Below, piece after piece: positions 8,062-17,578 of a stretch of 52,416 nucleotides of DNA. This stretch comes from Acidimicrobiia bacterium (GTDB taxonomy: Bacteria > Actinomycetota > Acidimicrobiia > IMCC26256 > JBMOIW01): assembly GCA_049317145.1 (NCBI GenBank), contig JBMOIW010000004.1, positions 1 to 52,416 of the forward strand, written 5' to 3'. Every line of letters begins with the position of its first letter. Position 1 is the first letter of the stretch. Below the pieces are notes generated by a model. That model was not told where the DNA came from. It was given only the letters and a program-made list of their open reading frames with translations, and made no database searches. Both the position numbers and the translations under genes were made by a program.

Positions 8062-8721
8062 TCACGTTTGCGCGCTCGTTATGGTCGGCGATTTCGCGTC
8101 AGCGCAGTCAGTGCGACGGTGCAGCAGAAGGTCGAGTTTTTGGATTGACTCGAGTGCGTCGACGTCGGCGGGAAGATCGATGTCGAAACGGAGCTCGGGC
8201 GTTCGGATGACGTGTACGGCGAGGCCGGCCCTGCGGCCTGCGTCAACATGGGCGTGAAATGATCCCGGGCCGTATGCGAATGAGAACGCTACGTCGCTAG
8301 GAATACTGAGCACCGGAGTGCCGTCATTGCGGTGGCACGGGACCAGCGTCGCAACCGGTAAATGCGCGTATCGGATGAGCGGCTCTAGGGTCTCGATCCG
8401 GGGCAGGTCGGCGTGCACCACAATGATCCGGCCCACTCCCTGCGCCTGCCAGTACTCCTGACCCGCGTGCGCAGCGTCGTTGATCGAGCCGGGGTCGGGA
8501 AGCACCTTGACGCCGAGAGACGCGGCCCAGTCGATGACTTCGGGAGCGCTCGAAACGACCACGGTTGACAGGGAATGCGTTGCGCGTACGACGCGTGTCG
8601 CACACGTTCGCAGCAGCACCGAGCGTTCCTCGGGGGTTAGTCGAGGGGCAAGGCGCGTGAGACCGTTCGTGAACGATCGAATCGGGATGATCACTCCGGC
8701 AATGGGATCATGCACATCCAC
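8062..8721 (-). CDS. cofC: CofC/FbiD guanylyltransferase (F420 biosynthesis)
   Basis: IPIRSF...TRLAPRL, HADLP, FAYGPGSFHAH, FDIDLPADV; usual position beside gpsA. Confidence 0.82.
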   Translation of the reverse strand: MDVHDPIAGVIIPIRSFTNGLTRLAPRLTPEERSVLLRTCATRVVRATHSLSTVVVSSAPEVIDWAASLGVKVLPDPGSINDAAHAGQEYWQAQGVGRIIVVHADLPRIETLEPLIRYAHLPVATLVPCHRNDGTPVLSIPSDVAFSFAYGPGSFHAHVDAGRRAGLAVHVIRTPELRFDIDLPADVDALESIQKLDLLLHRRTDCADAKSPTITSAQT

Positions 8722-8775
8722 GTGTGCACCCTAGATCGCCCGGGTGAGCGAACACCGGTCCCGTACACTGCAGCG

Positions 8776-9474
8776 GTGGAGTGGAGCTATCCCGGTGCCG
8801 AAATGTTGTTGAGCCCGGTGTTGGCTGCAACGTTGCGCTTCGACGTCGAAGGCGTTGCAATGCTCCCGACTGTAGGTCCCGCCATCTTGGCCTCGAATCA
8901 CATCTCCTACCTTGACCCGCTCGTGCTTGGATATGTAGCCCGACGACGGCAGCGCCGATTGCGTTTCTTGGCAAAAGCGGAATTGTTTCGTAATCCTGTG
9001 CTTGGCGCGTTGTTGCGCAATGGCGGGCAGATTCCCGTCGAACGAAATTCGCCGCGGGCGGTACAGGCGCTCACGGGAGGTTTGGACGCGCTCGCGCGCG
9101 GTGAGTGTCTTGCAGTATTTCCGGAGGGAACGATTTCCGACGATCTCAACTTGTTGCCAGGCCGTAGTGGTGTCGCGCGACTCGCCGCCCGATCCGGTGC
9201 ACCGGTAGTTCCTGTTGCGCTGTGGGGCGCGCAGCGCGTGTGGCCCGATGGTCGCCGACCCGACTTGCGATTCCGTCCGCGCATTGTTGTCGTGTTCGGC
9301 GAACCGTTCATCGTGGAAAAACATGTTCGTCCTCGGGACGCGACCGATCAGATCATGCGGGGCATCTGTGCAGCACTCCGTCGGGCGCGCACGCTCTTGC
9401 CGGGCACGTCGGTGGACTGGTGGCACCGCGATCCCGACGCTGCAGTCGTGCGAACGTGCAAGGATGCGGGGTAA
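8776..9474 (+). CDS. plsC: Lysophospholipid acyltransferase
   Basis: NHISYLD (HxxxxD), FLAKAELF, VFPEGT; GTG 8776 lies 6 nt after -10 TACACT. Confidence 0.88.
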   Translation: MEWSYPGAEMLLSPVLAATLRFDVEGVAMLPTVGPAILASNHISYLDPLVLGYVARRRQRRLRFLAKAELFRNPVLGALLRNGGQIPVERNSPRAVQALTGGLDALARGECLAVFPEGTISDDLNLLPGRSGVARLAARSGAPVVPVALWGAQRVWPDGRRPDLRFRPRIVVVFGEPFIVEKHVRPRDATDQIMRGICAALRRARTLLPGTSVDWWHRDPDAAVVRTCKDAG

Positions 9475-10484
9475 TGATCACGGTTGCAGTCATCGGAGCG
9501 GGCTCCTGGGGCACAACGCTGGCGGGGTTGCTCGGCCGTCACGCCACGGTGCATTGTTGGGCTCGCGAACCGGACGTGGCCGAAGCCATCAACGCCACCC
9601 ACGAAAATCCCGAATACCTGGCCGGCATTGCGTTACCGGAATCGGTGAGCGCAACGAGTGATCTCGACAAGGCATTCGTTGGTGCCGAGATTGTGGTGAT
9701 GGCAGTGCCATCCCACGGCTATCGCGATGTTCTGGCCGGCGCTCGGGACCAAATCGGCGTACAGACCCCGGTGGTCAGTGTCACCAAAGGCATCGAGACC
9801 TCCTCGTTGATGCGCATGACCGAAGTGATCGCTGATGTTTTGGCCGATCATGATCCGACACGGACTGCAGTACTCACTGGGCCAAATCTCGCGCGCGAAA
9901 TTGCCGAAGGTCAGCCGGCTGCTGCAGTGATTGCGTGCGCTCACGAACCAACGGCGGTGCAGTTGCAGGAGCTTTTCATGGCAGAGACGTTTCGGGTGTA
10001 CACCAACCCTGACGTCATCGGCTGCGAACTCGCGGGTGCGCTCAAGAACGTCATGGCCATTGCCGCGGGAGCTGCGTACGGGCTCGGATACGGCGACAAT
10101 GCGATCGCCGCGTTAATCACGCGTGGGTTAGCCGAGTTGGCGCGGCTTGGCGTAGCGCTCGGTGGAGACCCGCTCACCTTTGCAGGTCTTGCCGGCATGG
10201 GCGACCTCATCGCTACGTGTATCAGCCCAAAGAGCCGCAACCGCACCGTTGGCGTCGAGTTGGCCCATGGCCGATCCATCGACGACATCACCGCATCCAT
10301 GAACATGGTCGCCGAGGGCGTAAAGACTGCACCGGCGGTCATTGAGTTGGCAGCGCGGGTTGGAGTCGAGATGCCAATTGTCGAACAAGTGGTTGCGGTG
10401 CTGCGCGATGGGAAGAGTCCTGCGGACATGGTGTCCGTGTTAATGCACCGCAGCGCAACTTCAGAATTTCGAGGATTGCGATGA
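9474..10484 (+). CDS. gpsA: NAD(P)H-dependent glycerol-3-phosphate dehydrogenase
   Basis: GAGSWGT, TKGIE, GPNLARE, GALKNV, GDLIATC, SRNR; TAATG stop/start coupling with plsC. Confidence 0.95.
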   Translation: MITVAVIGAGSWGTTLAGLLGRHATVHCWAREPDVAEAINATHENPEYLAGIALPESVSATSDLDKAFVGAEIVVMAVPSHGYRDVLAGARDQIGVQTPVVSVTKGIETSSLMRMTEVIADVLADHDPTRTAVLTGPNLAREIAEGQPAAAVIACAHEPTAVQLQELFMAETFRVYTNPDVIGCELAGALKNVMAIAAGAAYGLGYGDNAIAALITRGLAELARLGVALGGDPLTFAGLAGMGDLIATCISPKSRNRTVGVELAHGRSIDDITASMNMVAEGVKTAPAVIELAARVGVEMPIVEQVVAVLRDGKSPADMVSVLMHRSATSEFRGLR

Positions 10485-11698
10485 CGCGCCTCGGGATGCT
10501 TGGGACGCGGTCGGCGGTTGATATCGACGACCACGGCCGATGTGTCGTTGCGGGTTCGTCTGCGGCATTTGAAGTATGGGTTGGCGCTGAAGACGGCTGG
10601 CACGACCCCGCAGCGCAAGCCTCGACACGCCAGGAGCGGCCGGGTATCGCCCCGGCGATCGAAACTCGCGTGCGCGTTGCCGGCGGCGACGTACACACCG
10701 TTGTCTTCGGCGCGTACACGCATCCGGATATCTTCGTGGTCGAGGTTACGAATCGTTCCAGTGCTGCATGCGCAATTGCGATTGTTGCCGAGCAGCTTGC
10801 TGCCTCGGTCGCCCCGGACGGTGTCGATTCGGACGGTCCAGACCTGCTGTTGCCTCGGGCGCCGCGTGATGTCGTCTACGAAGCGTCACGCGCCGAGTTG
10901 TGGAACACCCTTCACCAGGCAACGAGCCCGCTTGTCGAAGGGGTGGCAGTGGGAACTCCGCGTGCGTTTGCCGCCAAAGGCCATTGCGCACTCGTATATC
11001 CGTTGCCCCATGCGGCGATGTTGCGCTTCGCAGTGTGTTGCACCGAAGGCACGCGCGAACCGATCGCGCTCGACGCGTTACCGAGCCTCGACGCGGTTGA
11101 AGCGGGTTGGCGCGCGCAGCTCCAGCGTGGCATGCGAGTCGAGCTTGCCGATCAACGCCTCCAACACGCCATCGACGCGGCGCGTGTGTCGCTCCTGATC
11201 GAACACGCGACCGAGCGGGCAACGCCCGACATGATGATGGCGCTCGAAGATTGGGGCTTCGACACCGAGGCCGAAGATGCATTCGATCAACTCGGATTTC
11301 GAGATCGTCGCCGAGTGGCGACCCGCGCCAACGATGCGGCGCCGTGGTCTCATCTCGAAGCAATCTTGCGCACCATGGGGCCGACCCTCGAGTGTCCCGA
11401 TGGGCCGGCACATTTCCTGCGCCACGTCCGCCATCTCGTAGCGCAAGAGCGTCCGGACGGCACCGTGGATGTCGTTACGCATCTGCCGCCGACCTGGGCG
11501 GGACAAGCGCTCACCATTACTGATATTCCGACGCGGGTGGGTCGGTTGAGTGTCGCGATCCGCTGGCACGGGAATCGCCCCGCAGTGTTGTGGGAGGCCG
11601 ACAAACCTGGAGTGCGCCTGCATCTCCCGGGACTTGACCCGGTCTGGATGAGCGACGAGCAGTCTGGTGAGGCGCTGCTCGCGCCGGTGGGTGTCTGA
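10481..11698 (+). CDS. Hypothetical protein; C-terminus resembles the terminal beta domain of (alpha/alpha)6 glycoside hydrolases
   Basis: ATGA overlap with gpsA; LPPTWAGQ...PTRVGRLSVAIRWHG near the C-terminus. Confidence 0.65.
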   Translation: MTRLGMLGTRSAVDIDDHGRCVVAGSSAAFEVWVGAEDGWHDPAAQASTRQERPGIAPAIETRVRVAGGDVHTVVFGAYTHPDIFVVEVTNRSSAACAIAIVAEQLAASVAPDGVDSDGPDLLLPRAPRDVVYEASRAELWNTLHQATSPLVEGVAVGTPRAFAAKGHCALVYPLPHAAMLRFAVCCTEGTREPIALDALPSLDAVEAGWRAQLQRGMRVELADQRLQHAIDAARVSLLIEHATERATPDMMMALEDWGFDTEAEDAFDQLGFRDRRRVATRANDAAPWSHLEAILRTMGPTLECPDGPAHFLRHVRHLVAQERPDGTVDVVTHLPPTWAGQALTITDIPTRVGRLSVAIRWHGNRPAVLWEADKPGVRLHLPGLDPVWMSDEQSGEALLAPVGV

Positions 11699-11700
11699 CC

Positions 11701-14469
11701 TTACGGACGGCTGTCCGGTTCGTCGAGCCACACCGTCAATATCTCGCTCGGGCGCAGTTCGCGGGATCGGTCAAACGCGCCAAGATCACGGTGTCGCAAG
11801 TTTACGATTCGCCCGGTCACGGGCTCACCGTTTCGCGTGACCGTGCACATGCCCGGCTGCGATGTCGGGTTGAAGCACCGGAGCTCGAGCGTCCCGTCGG
11901 CAATGCGATGCACGCTCGATACAACGGCGCCTTCGATACTCAGAGGTGCATGCACGGCAGGGAGATCGCACGCACTCTCTGGTGCGACGGGCACGGTCTC
12001 GACGGGTGTGGCAAACATGTCGGCAACCGCATGGCAGTGAGCGTCTTCCCACGTGCCGCGGTGCGGATAAATCGCGTATTCGCACACATGTTCGCGGTGC
12101 ATTTGCGCACCCACAACGGGCAATAACGGACCGGCGGGGTTTGGCCGCAGCGACATTTCGCTACGCGAGAGGTATCCGACTGCACGCAGCAGCGTCATCG
12201 CCAACGTTGCCCCGCTATCGATGAGTTCGTACTCGAGCAAACCGGTGTGCAGGACGGTTACGCCGACGTCGCCATCGCTCGCATCGACAAAGCGACGCGA
12301 AACCCACGTGGGGAGAGGCGATTCGTTTGGTCCCCCTTCGGTCTTAAGCCCGCGTGCAACCACGGTGAACGCGCATTCGGCGTACGAGTGCTGCACCGCT
12401 CGCGGAAGCGGGATGTGGGTGCGGAGACGATGGTCGTTACAGGTGTTGGTGAATGCGGTACGAAGTCGCACGAACGGTTCATCAGCGTTGAGCATCACGG
12501 TCGTGCGAACCACCACCGTCTGGTGCTCGTCGGTGCGACGGTCGCACCGACGCTCGTTGCCAATCGCAGCGGTTGGCCAAAAATAGGTCCGGGTGACCTC
12601 GAGCGCGCCGGTGACCGGACCAGTGTGTGTCGGCGTTACGGAAACCAACGTGGGTGCAGCCACGATGGTGTCGTGGGTTGGTGGCGAGTAGTTGTAGGTG
12701 TCGCCGCCGTCGCCGCCGTCGACGAGTTGATCTGCGCCCTGCACGGTGACGCCGTCGGCGGAGGTTATGGTGAGCGTGCCGGTGGTGGGATCCACCGCAA
12801 CGTGCACGAGCCCGTTGTTGAGCGTGTGCGTATCGACGTGCACAGCATGAGCGGCATTGGTTTCGTGCGGGGTTTCGCCGTCGACGAGGGTTGCCGTGGT
12901 CCACGAGTACCCCGGAATACGTCCCAGGTCGGCCACGATTTCGTGACTGGGCGCGTGCAACCGTCGGAGGCGCACGAGGCGATCCGTTGTGGCGAGTGGG
13001 GCGAGCGCGTCGCGGACCGCTTGGAGGTCCGTTGGTGGTTCGCTAGGTTGCACGCTCTCGAAGACCACCTCGTAGGCGCCATCCTCGGCATCGTGTTGCG
13101 AGTAGCGCGCAATGGAAACTCCGGCGAATTCCGGACCGCGAATCATGTCGACGAGCCAGTGCACTTCGGCGCCGCGTCCTTCGGCGACGTATGCGTCGCC
13201 TTCGGTGCGCGCGACGACCTGGGTGAGGCAGGGGCGCCCGGTGTGATCGACAAGGTGTACCGGCCCGCGCCCGGGCACGGCGCAGCGCACGAGGGCTGGA
13301 CGGGTGGACGGGTTGGGGTTAATGGCGACGAGTGTGCCCGGTGCTGCATCGACGTGGTGCTCCAGATGCGTGCGCACATCGTCAATTGCAACTCTCGCAA
13401 GCGCGTGTGCTTCTTGGTAGCGCACCTGTACTGCATCGACGACCTCGTCCGCGCTGCACGCGCACGAGGAGTCATGCGCGCTATTGGTGATCAGCAAGTT
13501 CCATGCGAGGTCCAGAAACGCGTGAGGGTATTGCGAGCGGGGGAGAACGAGCGCTGCAAGTGGTTCGGCAACGCGCTCGAGTGCGCGTTCCGCGGATGCA
13601 CAGCGTTGGTGTATGTCGACGCGATTAGAGGCGACACCCATCAACACATTGCTGCGTGCCCCTGATCGGAGTTCTCCGTGGACGGTGGTGAGGTCGTCGC
13701 AAGGTTGTTCATCGAGGTAAGAAAACAGTGATGCAACCGCAAAGCGATATTCGTCTTGTTGTGCATTTGCAGATGCGACGAGTTCGCCGAGCCGGGGTTG
13801 GGGCATCTGGTGATCGGTGCCGTTCATGAGGAGCAAACCGGCGCCCGGAAGGTATGCTGAGCCGAGTTCGGCGTGAAACCCACGCGCTCGAGCGATGAGT
13901 TGGTGTGGGTCGTGCGCAAGATCGCGGCCGTTGGAGTAGGACCCCCAGAGATATTCCGCGCGTACGCGCGAACCATCGGGTGCCTCCCACCAAAACGCGG
14001 TTTGTGTGACGGTGCTCGGTACGCCGCGCCACACGACTGCGTGGGCGAAGTCGGCGAGCGCGAAGAGTTGGGGCATCTGCGCGATGTGGCCGAACATGTC
14101 GGGGAGGTACCCGACTTCCATCACTCCACCGATCTGTTCTGCGCGCGCGATTCCAGCCTGAAGGTCGCGCACGATGGTTTCGCCGGAAACCATGTACTCG
14201 TCCATTTGGATCGCCCACGGACCCAGCGCCACGCGGCCCGCGCGCGCGAGTGCAGCGATGTCCGCGGCGCGCTCGGGTCGCATTGCGAGATAGTCATCGA
14301 CAACGGCGGTTTGCCCGTCGAGCAAGAAATGCGTGTAGCTCGGGTCGGCTTCGAGCATGGGAAGCAGCTCGTCGAGGAGATGCACGAGGCGAGCCCGAAA
14401 GACCTGGAACGGCTGATGCCACTCTCGGTCCCAATGGGTGTGGGGAACGATGGTTACCGGTATCGCCAC
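11701..14469 (-). CDS. GH38 alpha-mannosidase
   Basis: PHTHWDREW, LDGQT, YLPDMFGH, NGTDH, AHDSSCACS; SD GGAGG before GTG 14469. Confidence 0.92.
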   Translation of the reverse strand: MAIPVTIVPHTHWDREWHQPFQVFRARLVHLLDELLPMLEADPSYTHFLLDGQTAVVDDYLAMRPERAADIAALARAGRVALGPWAIQMDEYMVSGETIVRDLQAGIARAEQIGGVMEVGYLPDMFGHIAQMPQLFALADFAHAVVWRGVPSTVTQTAFWWEAPDGSRVRAEYLWGSYSNGRDLAHDPHQLIARARGFHAELGSAYLPGAGLLLMNGTDHQMPQPRLGELVASANAQQDEYRFAVASLFSYLDEQPCDDLTTVHGELRSGARSNVLMGVASNRVDIHQRCASAERALERVAEPLAALVLPRSQYPHAFLDLAWNLLITNSAHDSSCACSADEVVDAVQVRYQEAHALARVAIDDVRTHLEHHVDAAPGTLVAINPNPSTRPALVRCAVPGRGPVHLVDHTGRPCLTQVVARTEGDAYVAEGRGAEVHWLVDMIRGPEFAGVSIARYSQHDAEDGAYEVVFESVQPSEPPTDLQAVRDALAPLATTDRLVRLRRLHAPSHEIVADLGRIPGYSWTTATLVDGETPHETNAAHAVHVDTHTLNNGLVHVAVDPTTGTLTITSADGVTVQGADQLVDGGDGGDTYNYSPPTHDTIVAAPTLVSVTPTHTGPVTGALEVTRTYFWPTAAIGNERRCDRRTDEHQTVVVRTTVMLNADEPFVRLRTAFTNTCNDHRLRTHIPLPRAVQHSYAECAFTVVARGLKTEGGPNESPLPTWVSRRFVDASDGDVGVTVLHTGLLEYELIDSGATLAMTLLRAVGYLSRSEMSLRPNPAGPLLPVVGAQMHREHVCEYAIYPHRGTWEDAHCHAVADMFATPVETVPVAPESACDLPAVHAPLSIEGAVVSSVHRIADGTLELRCFNPTSQPGMCTVTRNGEPVTGRIVNLRHRDLGAFDRSRELRPSEILTVWLDEPDSRP

Positions 14470-14635
14470 GGCTACCTCCATCGGCCGGTTTGCGCCCAGG
14501 ATAGGGCTCCCAGGGCCGGTTGATTGTCAGATTTCCGTCAGGAAGTTGATGCGGCTCGTTCACGCAAGTGCGCTGCGACAGAAACCGATCCTTCCTATCA
14601 AAGGGGGGTCAGGTATTTCCCGAAAGGAGTTCTTC

Positions 14636-16219
14636 GTGCGCCTTCGCCACAAACTCACGTTGAGTGCCGGTCTTGCCCTCGGCGCATCGGTGCTGATGGC
14701 CGTTCCGGCCTTTGCGCAGGAGGCACCCACCGCGGTGTTCGATGCGACCAACATTCCAGCGCCGTCCGATGTTGGCGTCTCGCTCAACTTGTTGTGGATC
14801 GTGCTTGGCGCGGTGTTGGTGGTTTTTATGCAGGCCGGATTCGCGCTCGTTGAGACCGGGTTTTGTCGCGCCAAGCACGCTGCGCACGTCGTCTCGACGA
14901 ACTTCGCAATCTTCGGGCTGGGGTTCGTTGGGTATTTCCTTGTCGGTTTCTCCTTGATGTTCTCGGGATTCAGCTACGCCGGCTATTTCGGGTTCGACAA
15001 AGCAATCAACGCCACCGGGTTACTGGGTTCGGGCGACTGGGTGTTTTTGTGGGGCAAAGGAGGATACGCACTCACCGGATTTGATCACTCGACCGCGACG
15101 CTGGCACCGATTGCCGCGTTTTTCTTGTACATGGTTGCGTTCATGGACACGACCGCAACGATTCCTACCGGCTCGATGGCCGAGCGCTGGAAGTGGAAGT
15201 CGTTCGTCGTGTGGGGATTGTTCTGTGGTGCGATCTACTACCCGCTCTTCGGCGGTTGGACGTGGGGTGGTGGATGGTTAAGCAAACTCGGAAACAGCCT
15301 GAAGTTGGGATTCGGGTACGTGGACTTCGCCGGTTCGGGAATCGTGCACGCCGTTGGCGGTGTTGCGGCGCTCGCCGGCGCACTGGTGTTGGGCGCACGA
15401 ATCGGCAAGTACGGCCCTGACGGCAAACCGCGAACGTTGGGTGGCCACAACATTCCAATGGCGATGTTGGGAACATTTATTTTGTTGTTTGGTTGGTTCG
15501 GATTCAACGCGGCGTCGACGTTTGCTGCGACGGACGTCCGCTTCGCGGTTGTGGCGTTGAACACGGCATTGGCCGGCGCATTCGGTGCAATCGCAGGCAT
15601 GTTCTGGGTGATGAAACGCATGGGCAAGCCCGATCCCGGCATGATGGCGAACGGGATGTTGGCCGGACTGGTTGCGATTACCGCGCCGTGCGCGTTTGTT
15701 GACCCGTGGGCAGCAGCGCTGATCGGTGCGATTGCCGCGGTTATTGTCATTGAGGCGATCTTTTTTGTTGAGCGACGCGGCATTGACGATCCAGTTGGCG
15801 CGATCTCGGTGCACGGTATCGGCGGAACGCTCGGCGTGTTGTTCGTTGGGCTCTTTGCCAACGGTGTGTATGGCCAGAAATGGAATGGCACCGACCATGG
15901 TGACGCTGGAGTGACCGGGTTGTTCTATGACCTCGGACTCGGTGGCAAGCAGTTCTTGGCGCAGCTCATCGGGGTAGTTGTGATCTGGACGGTGATGTTC
16001 GGAATCGCGTACGCGTTCTTTGCCATCCAGAACAAGCTCACCAAGGGCGGTATTCGCTCGGAGAGAGAACACGAGGAGATGGGGCTCGATCGTCCCGAAA
16101 TGGGCGTGCTGGCCTACGACAATCTGCAGCTCAACGAGCTCGACGTTGTCGGAACCGGCACCGAACCCACCGAAGTCATCTCCGGTGGTCCATCCCCGGA
16201 TCCCACTATTGGCCGCTAG
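14636..16219 (+). CDS. amtB: Ammonium transporter with predicted signal peptide
   Basis: MQAGFALVETG, MAERW, DFAGSGIVH, FGWFGFNA, GLVAITAPC, DDPVGAISVHG; SD GAAAGGAG; AFA|QEA cleavage-like site. Confidence 0.95.
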   Translation: MRLRHKLTLSAGLALGASVLMAVPAFAQEAPTAVFDATNIPAPSDVGVSLNLLWIVLGAVLVVFMQAGFALVETGFCRAKHAAHVVSTNFAIFGLGFVGYFLVGFSLMFSGFSYAGYFGFDKAINATGLLGSGDWVFLWGKGGYALTGFDHSTATLAPIAAFFLYMVAFMDTTATIPTGSMAERWKWKSFVVWGLFCGAIYYPLFGGWTWGGGWLSKLGNSLKLGFGYVDFAGSGIVHAVGGVAALAGALVLGARIGKYGPDGKPRTLGGHNIPMAMLGTFILLFGWFGFNAASTFAATDVRFAVVALNTALAGAFGAIAGMFWVMKRMGKPDPGMMANGMLAGLVAITAPCAFVDPWAAALIGAIAAVIVIEAIFFVERRGIDDPVGAISVHGIGGTLGVLFVGLFANGVYGQKWNGTDHGDAGVTGLFYDLGLGGKQFLAQLIGVVVIWTVMFGIAYAFFAIQNKLTKGGIRSEREHEEMGLDRPEMGVLAYDNLQLNELDVVGTGTEPTEVISGGPSPDPTIGR

Positions 16220-16239
16220 CCCTTGGTCGCATTCCCCGT

Positions 16240-16269
16240 TCGGTCCCGGTCGCCAATGGCCGGGGCCGA
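16240..16269 (+). terminator. Hairpin after amt
   Basis: TCGGTCCCGGTCG-CCAA-TGGCCGGGGCCGA, 13 bp including G-U pairs, no T tract. Confidence 0.5.
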
Positions 16270-16348
16270 GTGGAGGATTTCGCCAGAGTTCACTTACGCG
16301 TCGCGGCAACGTCAAACTCGCGCAATTCCGCGTTGGCATACTTCGGCC

Positions 16349-17578
16349 ATGGTTCTTGGCGCCACGGCGACCGCAGGCGGGCTCTCAGATCCATTCCGCG
16401 TCGGGGCGTCCCCACAGCGCATTCTTCAAGTAGCAAATGGATCGCGATCGGGCGGCGTTTGGACCTATCTCGAAGAGACTGGGCGCCAGTACGGTGCCCA
16501 GGGAATCGAGCGCGTGCTGATATTTCCGGGTCCCGCGTTTCGAGTGGATCGACTGGATCGATTCGATGTTCGGATCACGCTTCCCGCGAGATCGCTGCCG
16601 CGATCGGGCGGCTATCGCATGCTGCTCGATACTGCACTCGTACGATCCGTTGTGAAATCCGCCGCGTCGGGTGCGCGCACGCATCTTGAGTTGTCCGATA
16701 AGAGCGGGCTGTTTGGATTAGGGCGCTACGCACAGCAGCTCGGCATGCCGACGGTGTTGTTTTCACACGAGCGCATCGGTGAGGTCATGAGTGCTCGGTT
16801 TCCGCGCGTGGTGCCGGTTCATCGGCTCGCCGATGCGTGGAGTCGTCACAACCTCCCGGGCATTGATCGCGTCGTGTGTGCCTCGAATCACGCCGCCGAG
16901 GAATTCTTACGATTGGGGTACACCAATGTCGCCCGGGTCCCAATCGGCGTGGATCTCGACGTGTTTCATCCGCAGGTTCGGCGCAGCCAACCCGATGCAC
17001 AAGCTGGGGCTGAACTGTTGTACGTCGGGCGCTGTGTACGGGATAAACGCGTGGATCTTTTCGTCGATGCGATACGCATCTTGACGCGAGCGGGAATATC
17101 GGTGCGCGGCACGGTCATCGGTGATGGCCCAGAACGCGGCGCGCTCGCAACTCGCGCGCGTGGAATTCCGGTGACCTTCCTCGGGCAACGGGCCCGCCCA
17201 GAAGTTGCGCTGCACATGGCAAATGCCGATCTGGTGGTGGGAACATCACCGGTCGAAACATTTGGCCTTGCGGTAGTAGAAGCGCTCGCAAGTGGCACGC
17301 CCGTTGTGGTTAATCGCGCGGGAGCACTTCCCGAATTGTTGGTCGGCGCGCCCGAAGGGGCGGGGCGAGTTGCCGGGGGAAGTGCGGCGGACTTTGCCCA
17401 ACAAATTCGGGAGCAGCTGTTGGTTCCTCCCAAGATCGCGCGACCCGCGGCGCGCCGCCAAGCGGAGCACTATCCCTGGTCGGCTACCGCGGTAGGGCTG
17501 CTTGCGGTCCACCACGAGGCAGCCCAGCGGCACCGGCGGTTGAACTACGTTTCGTTTTCTCGGGGGAGTGCACGATGA
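16349..17578 (+). CDS. GT4 glycosyltransferase, PimC-like mannosyltransferase
   Basis: RILQVAN..SGG, LELSDK, FSHER, GVDLDVFHP, YVGR, ETFGLAVVEALASGTPVV (Ex7E). Start uncertain. Confidence 0.82.
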   Translation: MVLGATATAGGLSDPFRVGASPQRILQVANGSRSGGVWTYLEETGRQYGAQGIERVLIFPGPAFRVDRLDRFDVRITLPARSLPRSGGYRMLLDTALVRSVVKSAASGARTHLELSDKSGLFGLGRYAQQLGMPTVLFSHERIGEVMSARFPRVVPVHRLADAWSRHNLPGIDRVVCASNHAAEEFLRLGYTNVARVPIGVDLDVFHPQVRRSQPDAQAGAELLYVGRCVRDKRVDLFVDAIRILTRAGISVRGTVIGDGPERGALATRARGIPVTFLGQRARPEVALHMANADLVVGTSPVETFGLAVVEALASGTPVVVNRAGALPELLVGAPEGAGRVAGGSAADFAQQIREQLLVPPKIARPAARRQAEHYPWSATAVGLLAVHHEAAQRHRRLNYVSFSRGSAR

